Notes under the pieces: generated by a model | Seen by the model: only the letters and a program-made list of their open reading frames with translations | What the model was told of the DNA's origin: nothing | Database searches by the model: none | From: Candidatus Cloacimonadales bacterium | Lineage (GTDB): Bacteria; Cloacimonadota; Cloacimonadia; Cloacimonadales; JAFGVF01 | Assembly (NCBI GenBank): GCA_963667035.1 | Contig: OY762964.1 | Location: 1,696,001 to 1,760,000 of the forward strand | DNA length: 64,000 bases | Direction of reading: 5' to 3' | Translations under genes and position numbers: made by a program | Part shown: positions 9,132 to 18,453 of the stretch, piece by piece | Position numbering within the stretch: the first letter of the stretch is position 1 | Layout: every line of letters starts with the position of its first letter

Positions 9132-9972
9132 TGCTTCCTCCTACTAAAGCCAGGAAGAGGTCAGATATTCGTGGATTACTGTATGAAACTAACAGTTCGT
9201 CATTAATTTCACCTTTTACCAGTGCAGTGACATTCCCCAACCCTTCGAACACAGATAGTGGTTCCATAGCCATAACAATCTCTTTTGATGCTAATGGCAC
9301 TGTGATTTGTTTATAATCCCTGTTAATGTTATCAATAGAATCATACAAAACAATTTTCCCATTATCAATGAAGATTATGTCTTGTAATATATTCTCAACT
9401 TCCTCAACCTGATGGGTAGATATTATAATTGTTCTTTCACTGTTGTAGAATTCACCCAATATTGAGTTAAAGAATTCCTTTCTAAACTGAATATCAAGGC
9501 CTAATGTAGGCTCGTCCAGTAGAAGAATATCAACATCAAGACACAACGTCAAAAGCAGGTATAGTTTGGTCTTCATACCTTTTGATAAGCTAGTTATTTT
9601 ATTATTCAAAGGCAGCTTACTGGTAGAGAACAGCTGATCAAAACGTTCATCATTCCAGGATTGGTTTAATCCTTTAACTAATTCGATAGCGTCTTTAACT
9701 TTGATTCTTCTATCCAATGCAGATACGTCAGGAATAAAAGCTATCTTCTCAAAGAGCTTCGAATCGCTATATTTCACTTTTTTATCATTAAGAATAATCT
9801 CTCCTTCATGATGCAGTAAACCGAGCATACATCTCATCAATGTTGATTTTCCTGCTCCGTTTCGCCCGAAAAGTCCGATAATTCTTCCCTTAGGGATAGA
9901 CAAATTCACATCATCCAAAGCTTTTAATTTCTTATAACATTTCGTTACATTCTTCACTTCCATGATACTCAT
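9124..9972 (-). CDS. ABC transporter ATP-binding protein (YtrB-like)
   Basis: GRNGAGKST, LSKGM, LLLDEPT, STH. Confidence 0.93.
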   Translation of the reverse strand: MSIMEVKNVTKCYKKLKALDDVNLSIPKGRIIGLFGRNGAGKSTLMRCMLGLLHHEGEIILNDKKVKYSDSKLFEKIAFIPDVSALDRRIKVKDAIELVKGLNQSWNDERFDQLFSTSKLPLNNKITSLSKGMKTKLYLLLTLCLDVDILLLDEPTLGLDIQFRKEFFNSILGEFYNSERTIIISTHQVEEVENILQDIIFIDNGKIVLYDSIDNINRDYKQITVPLASKEIVMAMEPLSVFEGLGNVTALVKGEINDELLVSYSNPRISDLFLALVGGSNE

Positions 9973-10340
9973 AGAGTCACCTCCACTATAATCTTCTTCA
10001 ACATCTCACAAATTTCGCTAACATCTATCCCTAAAAAGGATACGCTTTTAGCGAACTCTCTCACATCTTTTTCGTAGAATTCAGCTCTCCTCATTTTTAG
10101 AAGCTTTTCTTTTGCATCTTCCGAAATATAAAAACCAAGTCCTCGTTTCTTATAGACAACTCCATCGTTTACTAATTCCGAAAAAGCACTAGCTACCGTC
10201 TGAGGATTTAGGCGATATGCCTGAGCTAAACTCCTGATTGATGGTAATGAATCATCCGAACTATATGTATCGGATAGAATTCCTTCTTCAACCAGTTTCT
10301 TTAACTGCAAGTAAATCGGCATGTCTTTGGTAAATTCCAT
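9969..10340 (-). CDS. GntR-family (YtrA subfamily) regulator
   Basis: PIYLQL...LPSIRSLA...NPQTV...KRGLGFY; short C-terminus; first gene of the ABC operon. Confidence 0.9.
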   Translation of the reverse strand: MEFTKDMPIYLQLKKLVEEGILSDTYSSDDSLPSIRSLAQAYRLNPQTVASAFSELVNDGVVYKKRGLGFYISEDAKEKLLKMRRAEFYEKDVREFAKSVSFLGIDVSEICEMLKKIIVEVTL

Positions 10341-10356
10341 TTATCGCCTCCTAGTC

Positions 10357-10392
10357 TGGTGTTATGGTTTACCAATACACCACAGATGTCAA
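10357..10392 (-). promoter_or_regulatory. YtrA-type operator palindrome overlapping the gntR promoter
   Basis: imperfect inverted repeat TGGTGTATTGG-TAAA-CCATAACACCA immediately downstream of TTGACA (10392-10387). Confidence 0.6.
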
Positions 10393-10500
10393 GCACTTTG
10401 TTTTATTTTTGTTTCTCCAACTCTCCTCTACCCCGATAAACAAAGGCATTTAGGTCTAGTATTTTTATTTTTATTCCCTACCACAAATGACCTTTATGAA

Positions 10501-10702
10501 TACTTTAAGGGTGACTCGCCAATTAAATGAACATGTCATGAACCTATTACGCCCCTTCTGCAACACTGTTAAAGACCTAAGAAATTCTATGGTGAAAGTT
10601 ATCCACACGATGTGGACAACTTTGGCTTTCGCCAAGGAGGGTCCAAGGAGGCTCCTTAGTGGATCCAATCCGGTTCCAATGTTTTTAACAGTCGCCCTTA
10701 AG
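10501..10702 (+). repeat. dispersed repeat copy 1: IS terminal-IR remnant plus ~180-bp non-coding unit
   Basis: about 90% identical by manual alignment to the reverse complement of ~61660-61862. Confidence 0.9.
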
Positions 10703-11806
10703 AGAAGCAGAAGGATCATGGATACATAAAAGGGTGGTGGGAGGTAACCCTTTAAAGTATCCAGTTTTGTAATTAGCAAGAAAATTCTTTCTAAAAGAGT
10801 CGCAGAATATGGGGATAAAGCATAAATCAGCAGTTTTAGCCTTAAGTCCATATTCTGCGACTAACTCAACGGGGGCCTTGTTGCCTCTAGTCCTGATTTT
10901 ACGAATATGGTTGTAGTAAGTCTGATATATGAAGACTTTACTAATGAAAGATATAATGTCTCTAAACTCTTCATAATCATATAATTCTTGTTCTATGGTG
11001 TTGTGAAAGCTTTCTACATCACTGTTGAATGTTGGAGATTTTGGAGGTATGCGAACATGAGTTACTCCATGTTTGTTTAAGATTTCTTCAAAGATTGTGA
11101 CTCTACTATGAAGAGGTTCAATAAATTCAGTACCGTTATCTGTTTGGAAAGTAATATCATTAGGAGAGCAATGTAACCCTTTTAGGTATTCAATTACGTA
11201 ATCCGCAAAAATGGCAGTTGAGAGATCATCTTTATAGTTTGTAAAGCCTAGAAATACCATTCCTGTCTTGTAATCTCTGGCAGTAATCTGAAACATAGGT
11301 ATTGCACCTGACTCATATGCTCTACTCTGTTTAGCAATATCATTTAGGTATTTAACATCGAGCTGAAGTTTCTGCATAGGCTTATAGTGTGCTCTTACAG
11401 CTGACATATCTTTCTTTTTCTTGTATCTTGTTTTTCTTTTCAAAACAAGCTTATGTCTCTTTAATACCTTATGAACGGTCTTTGCTGAGTAATGCAATTT
11501 CAGATTATTTACTATAGTGCGAGCTCCTGGATTGCCACGATCTTTACGTTCTTTGATGATAGCATCTTCAATATCTTTTGGCATCTTCAGAGGATGTTTC
11601 TGACCAACCCTGGACTTATTCTCGAGACCTGCCTCTCCAAGCTCAAGATACCTATTTCTCCAGAGACGAACAGTCTTCCTGGTTGTGCCTAACATCCTAG
11701 CTGTTTCAGATATGCCATGCTGCATTGAAAGAGTATACATCTGATACCGTAAAAGAGTTCTTGACTTAAATTCTTTACTGAGTAATCTCATCTCTAAATA
11801 TGTCAT
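10685..11806 (-). CDS. DDE transposase (HTH plus rve integrase core)
   Basis: HTH ISETARMLGTTRKTVRLWRNRY; catalytic QLDVKY / QTDNGTEF / DVESFH. Confidence 0.92.
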   Translation of the reverse strand: MTYLEMRLLSKEFKSRTLLRYQMYTLSMQHGISETARMLGTTRKTVRLWRNRYLELGEAGLENKSRVGQKHPLKMPKDIEDAIIKERKDRGNPGARTIVNNLKLHYSAKTVHKVLKRHKLVLKRKTRYKKKKDMSAVRAHYKPMQKLQLDVKYLNDIAKQSRAYESGAIPMFQITARDYKTGMVFLGFTNYKDDLSTAIFADYVIEYLKGLHCSPNDITFQTDNGTEFIEPLHSRVTIFEEILNKHGVTHVRIPPKSPTFNSDVESFHNTIEQELYDYEEFRDIISFISKVFIYQTYYNHIRKIRTRGNKAPVELVAEYGLKAKTADLCFIPIFCDSFRKNFLANYKTGYFKGLPPTTLLCIHDPSASLKGDC

Positions 11807-12126
11807 AAGTGTCAGTATATCTGATTCTTAGATTGCTGGCACTCTTTTTTTGTAGGATATATATAATCCAAGTATTCAAGGCGAATGTTTCATCCCCTCC
11901 ATTCGCTACGCTCATTGCGTGGATGAAACATTTACTCTGCATTTCTCTAGAAATAATCCAATTCATTAAAATATTCCTTTAACTGATTAACTGCATTTTT
12001 ATCAAGTATATAACCCATAAAGACACCGGTCTCTATTGATGATATTATATCATGTAGTTTACGTAGTATTTTTCTTGGTAAAACTTTGACCTCCCTAGGG
12101 TGGATACTTTTAAGGGTGACTCGCCA
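10738..12126 (-). mobile_element. insertion sequence, IS481/IS1202-like, ~1.39 kb
   Basis: 26-bp terminal IRs (10738-10763 and 12101-12126, 21/26 match); flanking direct repeat TACATAAAAGGGTGG (10723-10737 and 12127-12141); DDE transposase inside. Confidence 0.88.
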
Positions 12127-12422
12127 TACATAAAAGGGTGGTCCCTACACTTTAATTTTCTATTAGCCATACAGTTAGTGTTTATACCAAGTTAGTAGTG
12201 GTAAAATTCGTGTAACAAAAGTAGTGTTTAAGTGCATTTAATTGATGTTAGTAGGATTGGATATTCGTTTCGGGGGTAAATATGTAAGAATAGTCCGACT
12301 GAGATCTATCTTTATATATGTAATCCAATTAGCAGGATATAGCAGACTGATTGTGATAAAATATTCTTGACACTACACCTGTTTCAATACAAGTCATTTT
12401 GGATACACGAAATAGGATAAAT

Positions 12423-13232
12423 ATGAGCTTAAAAAAGATAATATCGCAGATAAACAGTTATGGATATGAGCCAATAGACCTTAAAGGGACTATTATCAAA
12501 CCGGATGAGTTTCAAATCATTGCCGGTCCATGCACTATAGAATCCAAAGATGACCTTGAACTGATAGCCCAAGAACTCAATGAAATTGGAATTCGTCTCA
12601 TAAGAGGTGGTGCTTTCAAGTTAAGGACCAATGCCAATTCTTTTAACGGATTGGGAAGTAAAGCTCTTGACTGGCTACAGGAAGTCGGAAGGAAATATAA
12701 TCTGGTAACAGTAAGTGAGTTAACCGACATATCTCATCTGGATGAGATGATTGAAAAGGTTGATATTCTTCTTATCGGCACAAGGAATATGCTTAACTAT
12801 CCACTCTTGACCGAAGTTGGGAAATCCAAGAAACCGGTAATCTTGAAAAGAGGTATGAGTAGTACTGTCGACGAGTGGTTACAGGCTTCGGAATACATTC
12901 TCAAAGAGGGTAATTCAAAACTGATATTCTGTGAACGAGGAATAAGAACATTTGATTCCATTACTCGTAATACTTATGATATTACAGCAATCCCACTTTT
13001 ACGACAGAGTCTGGTATTTCCTGTGATTGGTGATCCTTCTCATGCAACCGGTTTGAGAGAATTGATAAAACCCATAAGTTTAGCTACAGCATCCGTAGGA
13101 GCAAGCGGACTCATTGTGGAAGCCCATGTGAATCCTGAATCCGTGATAGTTGACTCTCGGCAAACAATTTGTTTATCAACTTTAAAAGAAATTTCGGAAC
13201 AATCTCGTAAAATAGTAGAACTTCTTAATTGA
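12423..13232 (+). CDS. type I-beta DAHP synthase-like aldolase, divergent, no regulatory domain
   Basis: IIAGPCTIES, RGGAFKLRT, KPVILKRG, CERGIRTF, DPSHATG; ATG at 12423 preferred over TTG at 12399. Confidence 0.8.
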   Translation: MSLKKIISQINSYGYEPIDLKGTIIKPDEFQIIAGPCTIESKDDLELIAQELNEIGIRLIRGGAFKLRTNANSFNGLGSKALDWLQEVGRKYNLVTVSELTDISHLDEMIEKVDILLIGTRNMLNYPLLTEVGKSKKPVILKRGMSSTVDEWLQASEYILKEGNSKLIFCERGIRTFDSITRNTYDITAIPLLRQSLVFPVIGDPSHATGLRELIKPISLATASVGASGLIVEAHVNPESVIVDSRQTICLSTLKEISEQSRKIVELLN

Positions 13233-13332
13233 CGCAAATAATTGTAATTAATTATTGCCATCTGATATAAATAACCTTGACTTTATGAAATAATCAGAAA
13301 TATAAGGTAATAAGTAATATATAGAGGAAGTA

Positions 13333-13965
13333 ATGGTAAATATTATTTTAATTGGAAAACAAGGTAGCGGGAAAGGGACTCAGGCAAAACTACTTGCAAA
13401 GCAGTTTAACCTGGAGCACATAAACACCGGTGCATTGTTCCGTAAACACATCGAACAGGAAACAGATTTAGGCTTAATAGCCGATGCCTATATAAAAATG
13501 GGTGCTTTAGTGCCTGATAAATTTGTTTTTCAGTTGATTGAAGAGAGTATCGAGCCTGATATCAAGGGTCTGGTGTTTGACGGATTTCCAAGGACGCTTG
13601 AGCAGGCAGCGTATATTGTCGATAGATACCACATTGATAAAGTTATCTATCTTAGTTTACCTGTTGAAGTAGCTAAAGAGCGCATTACTTCAAGAGTTGA
13701 ATGTATAGATTGCGGGAAAACCTACAATCTACAGACATCTCCACCGGAAGTAGAAAATGTCTGCGATGTATGCGGAGGAGTTGTAGGACCACGAGCTGAC
13801 GATAAACCGGAAGCAATTGATAAAAGAATTTCTGAATTCTTAGAAAAAACTAAACTCCAATTGGATTACTTCTCAACCTTCGGTATTGTCGAGACAATCG
13901 ATGCCAATGACAGTGTTGAGAATGTTAGCAATAAAATAGCGGAGATTGTAGAGAAACTATTTTAA
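13333..13965 (+). CDS. adk: adenylate kinase (Zn-lid type)
   Basis: GKQGSGKGTQA, DGFPRT, CxxC...CxxC lid. Confidence 0.93.
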   Translation: MVNIILIGKQGSGKGTQAKLLAKQFNLEHINTGALFRKHIEQETDLGLIADAYIKMGALVPDKFVFQLIEESIEPDIKGLVFDGFPRTLEQAAYIVDRYHIDKVIYLSLPVEVAKERITSRVECIDCGKTYNLQTSPPEVENVCDVCGGVVGPRADDKPEAIDKRISEFLEKTKLQLDYFSTFGIVETIDANDSVENVSNKIAEIVEKLF

Positions 13966-13968
13966 AGT

Positions 13969-15708
13969 ATGGAAAATACTTCCCGACAGAGAATAGTTAA
14001 AGTAATTCAGGCTTTACTTGGTATTGCCGGAATCATTAACTTCTTAATCCTGTTCTTTTCACCTGTATTAGAGCATATATTCGGTACAGTTGAGTTTCTA
14101 TTACCATATTCTATAGTACTTATGGTATTTTTCTGCGTATATTATGCAGTGAGATTTGTGGATTGGCTTTCTTCCAAAGAAAGAACCTTCCTTTTAGCAT
14201 CCAATAGTCTCATTCTGTTAATAGCGGGAGTAACTCTATTCATTAAACCAATGCTCTTCCTGTTAGTGATACTTATTCGGGAAATATATATACTAATCAA
14301 AACTATCAGTTCATCGCTACAATCACGAATAGCAAGATCAGGGAATAGGAATAGAGACTCGTATCAAAGCTCGTTTCTAATCAAACTAACTCAGAATCCT
14401 GCTTTAGCATTGATGTTCAGTTTCTTCCTCACAATAATGCTCGGAACATTCCTGCTTATGCATCCGCAAAGCAGTTCAAGCGGAGAAATAACACCATTTG
14501 TCGATGCTTTGTTTACTTCCACATCTGCTACCTGTGTGACAGGACTAATCGTTTATGATACGGGAACTTATTGGTCGCAAGTCGGACAGATTATTATCTT
14601 GATTCTTATCCAGATCGGTGGATTGGGTATTATGACTATATCTACGGCTTTTGCCATTATCCTGGGACAGAAGTTAACAATCTCCACTCAACAGGTTATG
14701 CAAAATGTGGTGGGAGAATCTAATAGAATAGATTTCTATACTCTCTTGAAGTCTATATTGTCATTAACATTTATTTTTGAATTCATTGGAGCGATTTTCT
14801 TACTGTTTCAATTTAGAGACCATTTACCGACATTCGGGGATGCGGTGTATCATTCTGTGTTCCACTCTGTCTCGGCATTCTGCAACGCAGGATTTGCTCT
14901 CTATCCGGATAGCTTTGTCTCCTATCAAAGTAATCCGACTGTGGTAATGACATTAAGTTTATTAATCATATTCGGAGGATTGGGATTCTCTGTTATCAAT
15001 GATATACGATTTAATTTCTTAAAGAAATTTGCCTTTAGCAGATTGACCTTACACACAAAAATAGTTCTCATTACCAGTGGCATTTTACTACTGGGAGGAA
15101 CCGCTTTGTTCTTCCTCTCCGAGTTTAGAAATACTATGGTGGATTTCAAATTTGGTACAAGACTATTAAACTCGTGGTTCCAATCGGTTACATGTAGAAC
15201 TGCAGGTTTTAATACTATCGATCAAGGACATTTGACTAACGGTTCTTCTCTCGTAAGTATATTGTTGATGTTCATCGGAGCTTCTCCGGGTTCAACGGGC
15301 GGTGGTATTAAAACCACGACTATTGCTTTATTTCTAATTGCAATGTTTGCAAATCTGAAGGGTACAACAGATATTAATGCCTTTAAGAGAAAAATTTCTA
15401 CTAAGTCATTCCGTGAAGTGATGACTCTTTTTGCAATAGCTTTACTTGCGTTAGGTACTTTGACTTTCATGCTTATGATGGTAGAAGATCTTGGATTTAA
15501 AGAACTCTGTTTTGAAGCGGTATCAGCATTTGCTACCGTAGGCTTGTCTATGGGTATAACTGCTAAATTGACAGTTTTAGGTAAGCTAATTATTGTACTT
15601 TTAATGTATTTGGGTCGTATAGGTCCAATGACTTTAATATATGCTACTACTCTCCATATAGTAAAAGTGAGAGTACGCTATAATCAGGAAAATGTTTCTA
15701 TAGGTTAA
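13969..15708 (+). CDS. ktrB: Ktr/Trk potassium uptake membrane subunit with N-terminal extension
   Basis: SATCVTGL, SAFCNAGF, RTAGF, SAFATVGLS pore-loop motifs. Confidence 0.88.
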   Translation: MENTSRQRIVKVIQALLGIAGIINFLILFFSPVLEHIFGTVEFLLPYSIVLMVFFCVYYAVRFVDWLSSKERTFLLASNSLILLIAGVTLFIKPMLFLLVILIREIYILIKTISSSLQSRIARSGNRNRDSYQSSFLIKLTQNPALALMFSFFLTIMLGTFLLMHPQSSSSGEITPFVDALFTSTSATCVTGLIVYDTGTYWSQVGQIIILILIQIGGLGIMTISTAFAIILGQKLTISTQQVMQNVVGESNRIDFYTLLKSILSLTFIFEFIGAIFLLFQFRDHLPTFGDAVYHSVFHSVSAFCNAGFALYPDSFVSYQSNPTVVMTLSLLIIFGGLGFSVINDIRFNFLKKFAFSRLTLHTKIVLITSGILLLGGTALFFLSEFRNTMVDFKFGTRLLNSWFQSVTCRTAGFNTIDQGHLTNGSSLVSILLMFIGASPGSTGGGIKTTTIALFLIAMFANLKGTTDINAFKRKISTKSFREVMTLFAIALLALGTLTFMLMMVEDLGFKELCFEAVSAFATVGLSMGITAKLTVLGKLIIVLLMYLGRIGPMTLIYATTLHIVKVRVRYNQENVSIG

Positions 15709-15720
15709 GAAGAGGTAATT

Positions 15721-16416
15721 ATGGCGAAATTCGCAGTAATAGGGTTAGGAAGATTTGGCTCGACAGTTGCCAAAACTCTTTTTGAAAATGGTAACGAAGT
15801 AATAGCAATAGATAAAGATGCCGATATAGTTGAAGATATAAACAAATTCTCCACTCAACCGCTTGTGCTTGATTCCACTAACGAGAGAGCTCTAAAAACA
15901 GTCGGATTGGAGTATATGGATGCAGTTATATTAGGTATTGGTAGTCACATCGAAGAGAGTATTCTGACTGCCGCTATTCTTAAAAAGCTTGGTGTTAATA
16001 ATATCTATGCTAAAGTTGATAATGAGCTCCATGCCAGAATTCTTAAGCTTATAGGTGTTAAGCAGATATACTTACCCGAGCAAATGGTTGGACTGCAACT
16101 TGCTCGTAGTCTTTCCACTAAGAATATCTTTGAGTTCGTTAATTTATCATCCGGACATGTATTGGTAGAGATGAAATCTCCGAAAGATTTTATTGGAAAA
16201 TCCTTACAAGAGATTGCTTTACCTACAACTTACGGTATTCATGTTGTTGCTATTAAGTACAATGAACTAAAGGTCACAGATTCCGGCGAAAACATAATAG
16301 ACCAAAAGATTAATGACTTACCCGGTGCTACCGACATTATCCATGAAGATGATATACTGGTACTGTTAGGAGCAAGAAACTCAGTAAATGAACTTCTTAA
16401 GAAGTATTCTAAATAG
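15721..16416 (+). CDS. ktrA: Ktr/Trk RCK regulatory subunit
   Basis: VIGLGRFG Rossmann motif and RCK-C domain; adjacent to ktrB. Confidence 0.88.
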   Translation: MAKFAVIGLGRFGSTVAKTLFENGNEVIAIDKDADIVEDINKFSTQPLVLDSTNERALKTVGLEYMDAVILGIGSHIEESILTAAILKKLGVNNIYAKVDNELHARILKLIGVKQIYLPEQMVGLQLARSLSTKNIFEFVNLSSGHVLVEMKSPKDFIGKSLQEIALPTTYGIHVVAIKYNELKVTDSGENIIDQKINDLPGATDIIHEDDILVLLGARNSVNELLKKYSK

Positions 16417-16653
16417 ATGAAACGAAGCGGAAAAGGTAAATTATGGTTATGGTTTGTACCTTTTTTGCTTTTAATAGTTCTTCAGCCGATTATTATTACT
16501 TTATCAGGAAGTATCAAAGGACTAATCATACTATTGGAATTAATACTCTTGACAATAGTTTTTATTTGTGCAGGTATCATCTACAAATATTTTAAAAAGA
16601 AGTTTAGTGAGATAAATGAATTATCAGGACAAATTGAGGTTTTAGATGAATAA
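16417..16653 (+). CDS. small hypothetical membrane protein (2 TM)
   Basis: abuts both neighbouring genes; two hydrophobic segments. Confidence 0.55.
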   Translation: MKRSGKGKLWLWFVPFLLLIVLQPIIITLSGSIKGLIILLELILLTIVFICAGIIYKYFKKKFSEINELSGQIEVLDE

Positions 16654-17410
16654 AAGATCTTTTACTACAATCCTTAGAGTTTTTCTATTGATTGTATTCT
16701 TATTGTTAACCATACAGAGCGTATTAATGATACGCACCATAGATGCAGGTATTAAATGGGAACAGAAAGCAATAGATTTGCAGAATATTATCTATATCTT
16801 TGTGTTTATCCAGTTTACCTTGCTCCTTATCGTTTTCTTCTATGTTCCTTATAGAATTAAAACAACTCTGCTCTCTCTGGAAAGAGTTATTAAAAACATA
16901 TCCGAATGGGCACCTACTCTTGATTTAATTGAAACTCAGATAGCTTCCGAGAAAGAGATGACTCAAATCGTGGAAGTTATTGATAAGATGTATAATAACA
17001 TTCAGAAGTTTGACCAACAAAAGAAACTGAAAATCTATGAACAGCACAGTAGAATTCTGAACATTCTTAAGCTAACTGAAAAGGAAATTATTGTACTTAC
17101 TATGCAGGGCGTTATTGCTTACTGTTCAGAATCTCTAACAGATAGATACCCCTCAATACATTCTGATGTTAACATTCTAGAGACTAGTTTTTCTCCTGAA
17201 ATAGAGAAAACAATCGTAGCATATTACAAAGAAGTTGTGAACTCAGGTCACTCTATTGATGAGAAAGTTGAATACATAGAGAAACTTCAAAAGAAGATAT
17301 CAATCCAGAATCAGATTGTACGTGATGCAGAATCAATGCCTATCGGAGTTGTTATTGCAATAAAAGAAGAACAGAGAGAAAAGAAACAACAAGCTACCCA
17401 ACAACAATGA
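16646..17410 (+). CDS. membrane protein resembling a sensor N-terminus (2 TM, HAMP-like, PAS-like), no kinase domain
   Basis: two TMs, helical linker, IIVLTMQGVIAYCS...IVRDAESMPIGVVIAIKE PAS-like pattern. Confidence 0.55.
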   Translation: MNKRSFTTILRVFLLIVFLLLTIQSVLMIRTIDAGIKWEQKAIDLQNIIYIFVFIQFTLLLIVFFYVPYRIKTTLLSLERVIKNISEWAPTLDLIETQIASEKEMTQIVEVIDKMYNNIQKFDQQKKLKIYEQHSRILNILKLTEKEIIVLTMQGVIAYCSESLTDRYPSIHSDVNILETSFSPEIEKTIVAYYKEVVNSGHSIDEKVEYIEKLQKKISIQNQIVRDAESMPIGVVIAIKEEQREKKQQATQQQ

Positions 17411-18399
17411 CAAGAAAAGAATTGATTATCAGAGTTACTGAATCAAGTGACTCCAGACTGGATAAATACATTGCAACTCAAGGAATCGATGAACTATACT
17501 CAAGATCACTTATAGAAAAGCTTATTGCTGAAGGTGATGTTCAAGTAAATGGTAGTATTGTAAAAAAAAACTTTAAGCTTTCCGAAGCGGATGAGATAAA
17601 AATTTTACTTCCTGTTCCCGAACCTACAGAAATTGTCCCTCAAGATATACCTATTGAAATAATCTATGAAGATGACTACCTTGCAGTTATTAACAAACCA
17701 GCAGGCTTAGTTGTTCACCCCGGATCAGGGAATAAAGATAATACACTTGTTAACGGGCTTGTTTACCACTTCCAAAATTCTTTATCGGAAGGTTCCGAAA
17801 GGTTCAGACCGGGGATTGTACATCGATTGGATAAGGACACCTCAGGGGTACTTATCGTTGCTAAAGAAGATAGAACTCACTCTCTTTTGCAAACAATGTT
17901 TATGAATAAAGAAATTAAGAAAACATATAGAGCTGTATGCGTTGGAACTCCAAAAGAAGAAGGAGCAACTATTGAGGGATACATTGAGCGGGATCCTGTT
18001 AATCCTATTAAAATGAGAGTCTCGAATTCAGGGAAATGGTGCGTAACTCATTACGAAATACTTAAGTATTATCACTATTTCACATATCTTGACATAGATT
18101 TAGAGACAGGTAGAACTCATCAGATAAGGGTTCATCTTAGTAGTATTAACCTGCCAATCTTGGGTGACAGACTATACAATTCTGCGGACACTACTGCTAC
18201 AAGAATCCCCTCAAACTATCGAAGGAAACTTAAGATGTTGTTAGATAAACACCTTCCTGTGCAAGCCCTTCATGCTTATAAGATTGCTTTCAAGCATCCT
18301 ATAACAGAGCAGGATATGGAGTTTACAGCTCCTTTACCTGAGTACTTTGAATATGCTTTAAATTGGCTCGAAGAAAACTTTGCGATAACAGAAGAATAA
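17407..18399 (+). CDS. rluD: RluA/RluD family 23S rRNA pseudouridine synthase
   Basis: S4 domain, NKPAGLVVHPG, HRLDKDTSG, TGRTHQIRVH. Confidence 0.9.
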   Translation: MTRKELIIRVTESSDSRLDKYIATQGIDELYSRSLIEKLIAEGDVQVNGSIVKKNFKLSEADEIKILLPVPEPTEIVPQDIPIEIIYEDDYLAVINKPAGLVVHPGSGNKDNTLVNGLVYHFQNSLSEGSERFRPGIVHRLDKDTSGVLIVAKEDRTHSLLQTMFMNKEIKKTYRAVCVGTPKEEGATIEGYIERDPVNPIKMRVSNSGKWCVTHYEILKYYHYFTYLDIDLETGRTHQIRVHLSSINLPILGDRLYNSADTTATRIPSNYRRKLKMLLDKHLPVQALHAYKIAFKHPITEQDMEFTAPLPEYFEYALNWLEENFAITEE

Positions 18400-18453
18400 G
18401 TTTATATTGACATACGCTTTAATTATATATTTGGTTGGATAAAGGAATCTAAA

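Noticed and set aside
10529..10543. GAAC-N7-GAAC resembling an alphaproteobacterial LexA box
   Set aside because: Short, probably the wrong lineage, and explained by the local 11-bp periodicity.
10599..10619. DnaA boxes as evidence for oriC
   Set aside because: Only one pair per copy, inside a dispersed repeat, with no dnaA, dnaN or gidA nearby.
10487..10729. 80-aa ORF also open in the second repeat copy (61606-61881), plus antisense ORFs 10471-10851 and 61694-61903
   Set aside because: Starts and ends differ between copies, there is no clear RBS, about half the changed codons are non-synonymous, and the DNA is palindromic and periodic. It is better explained as a non-coding repeat, though coding is not excluded.
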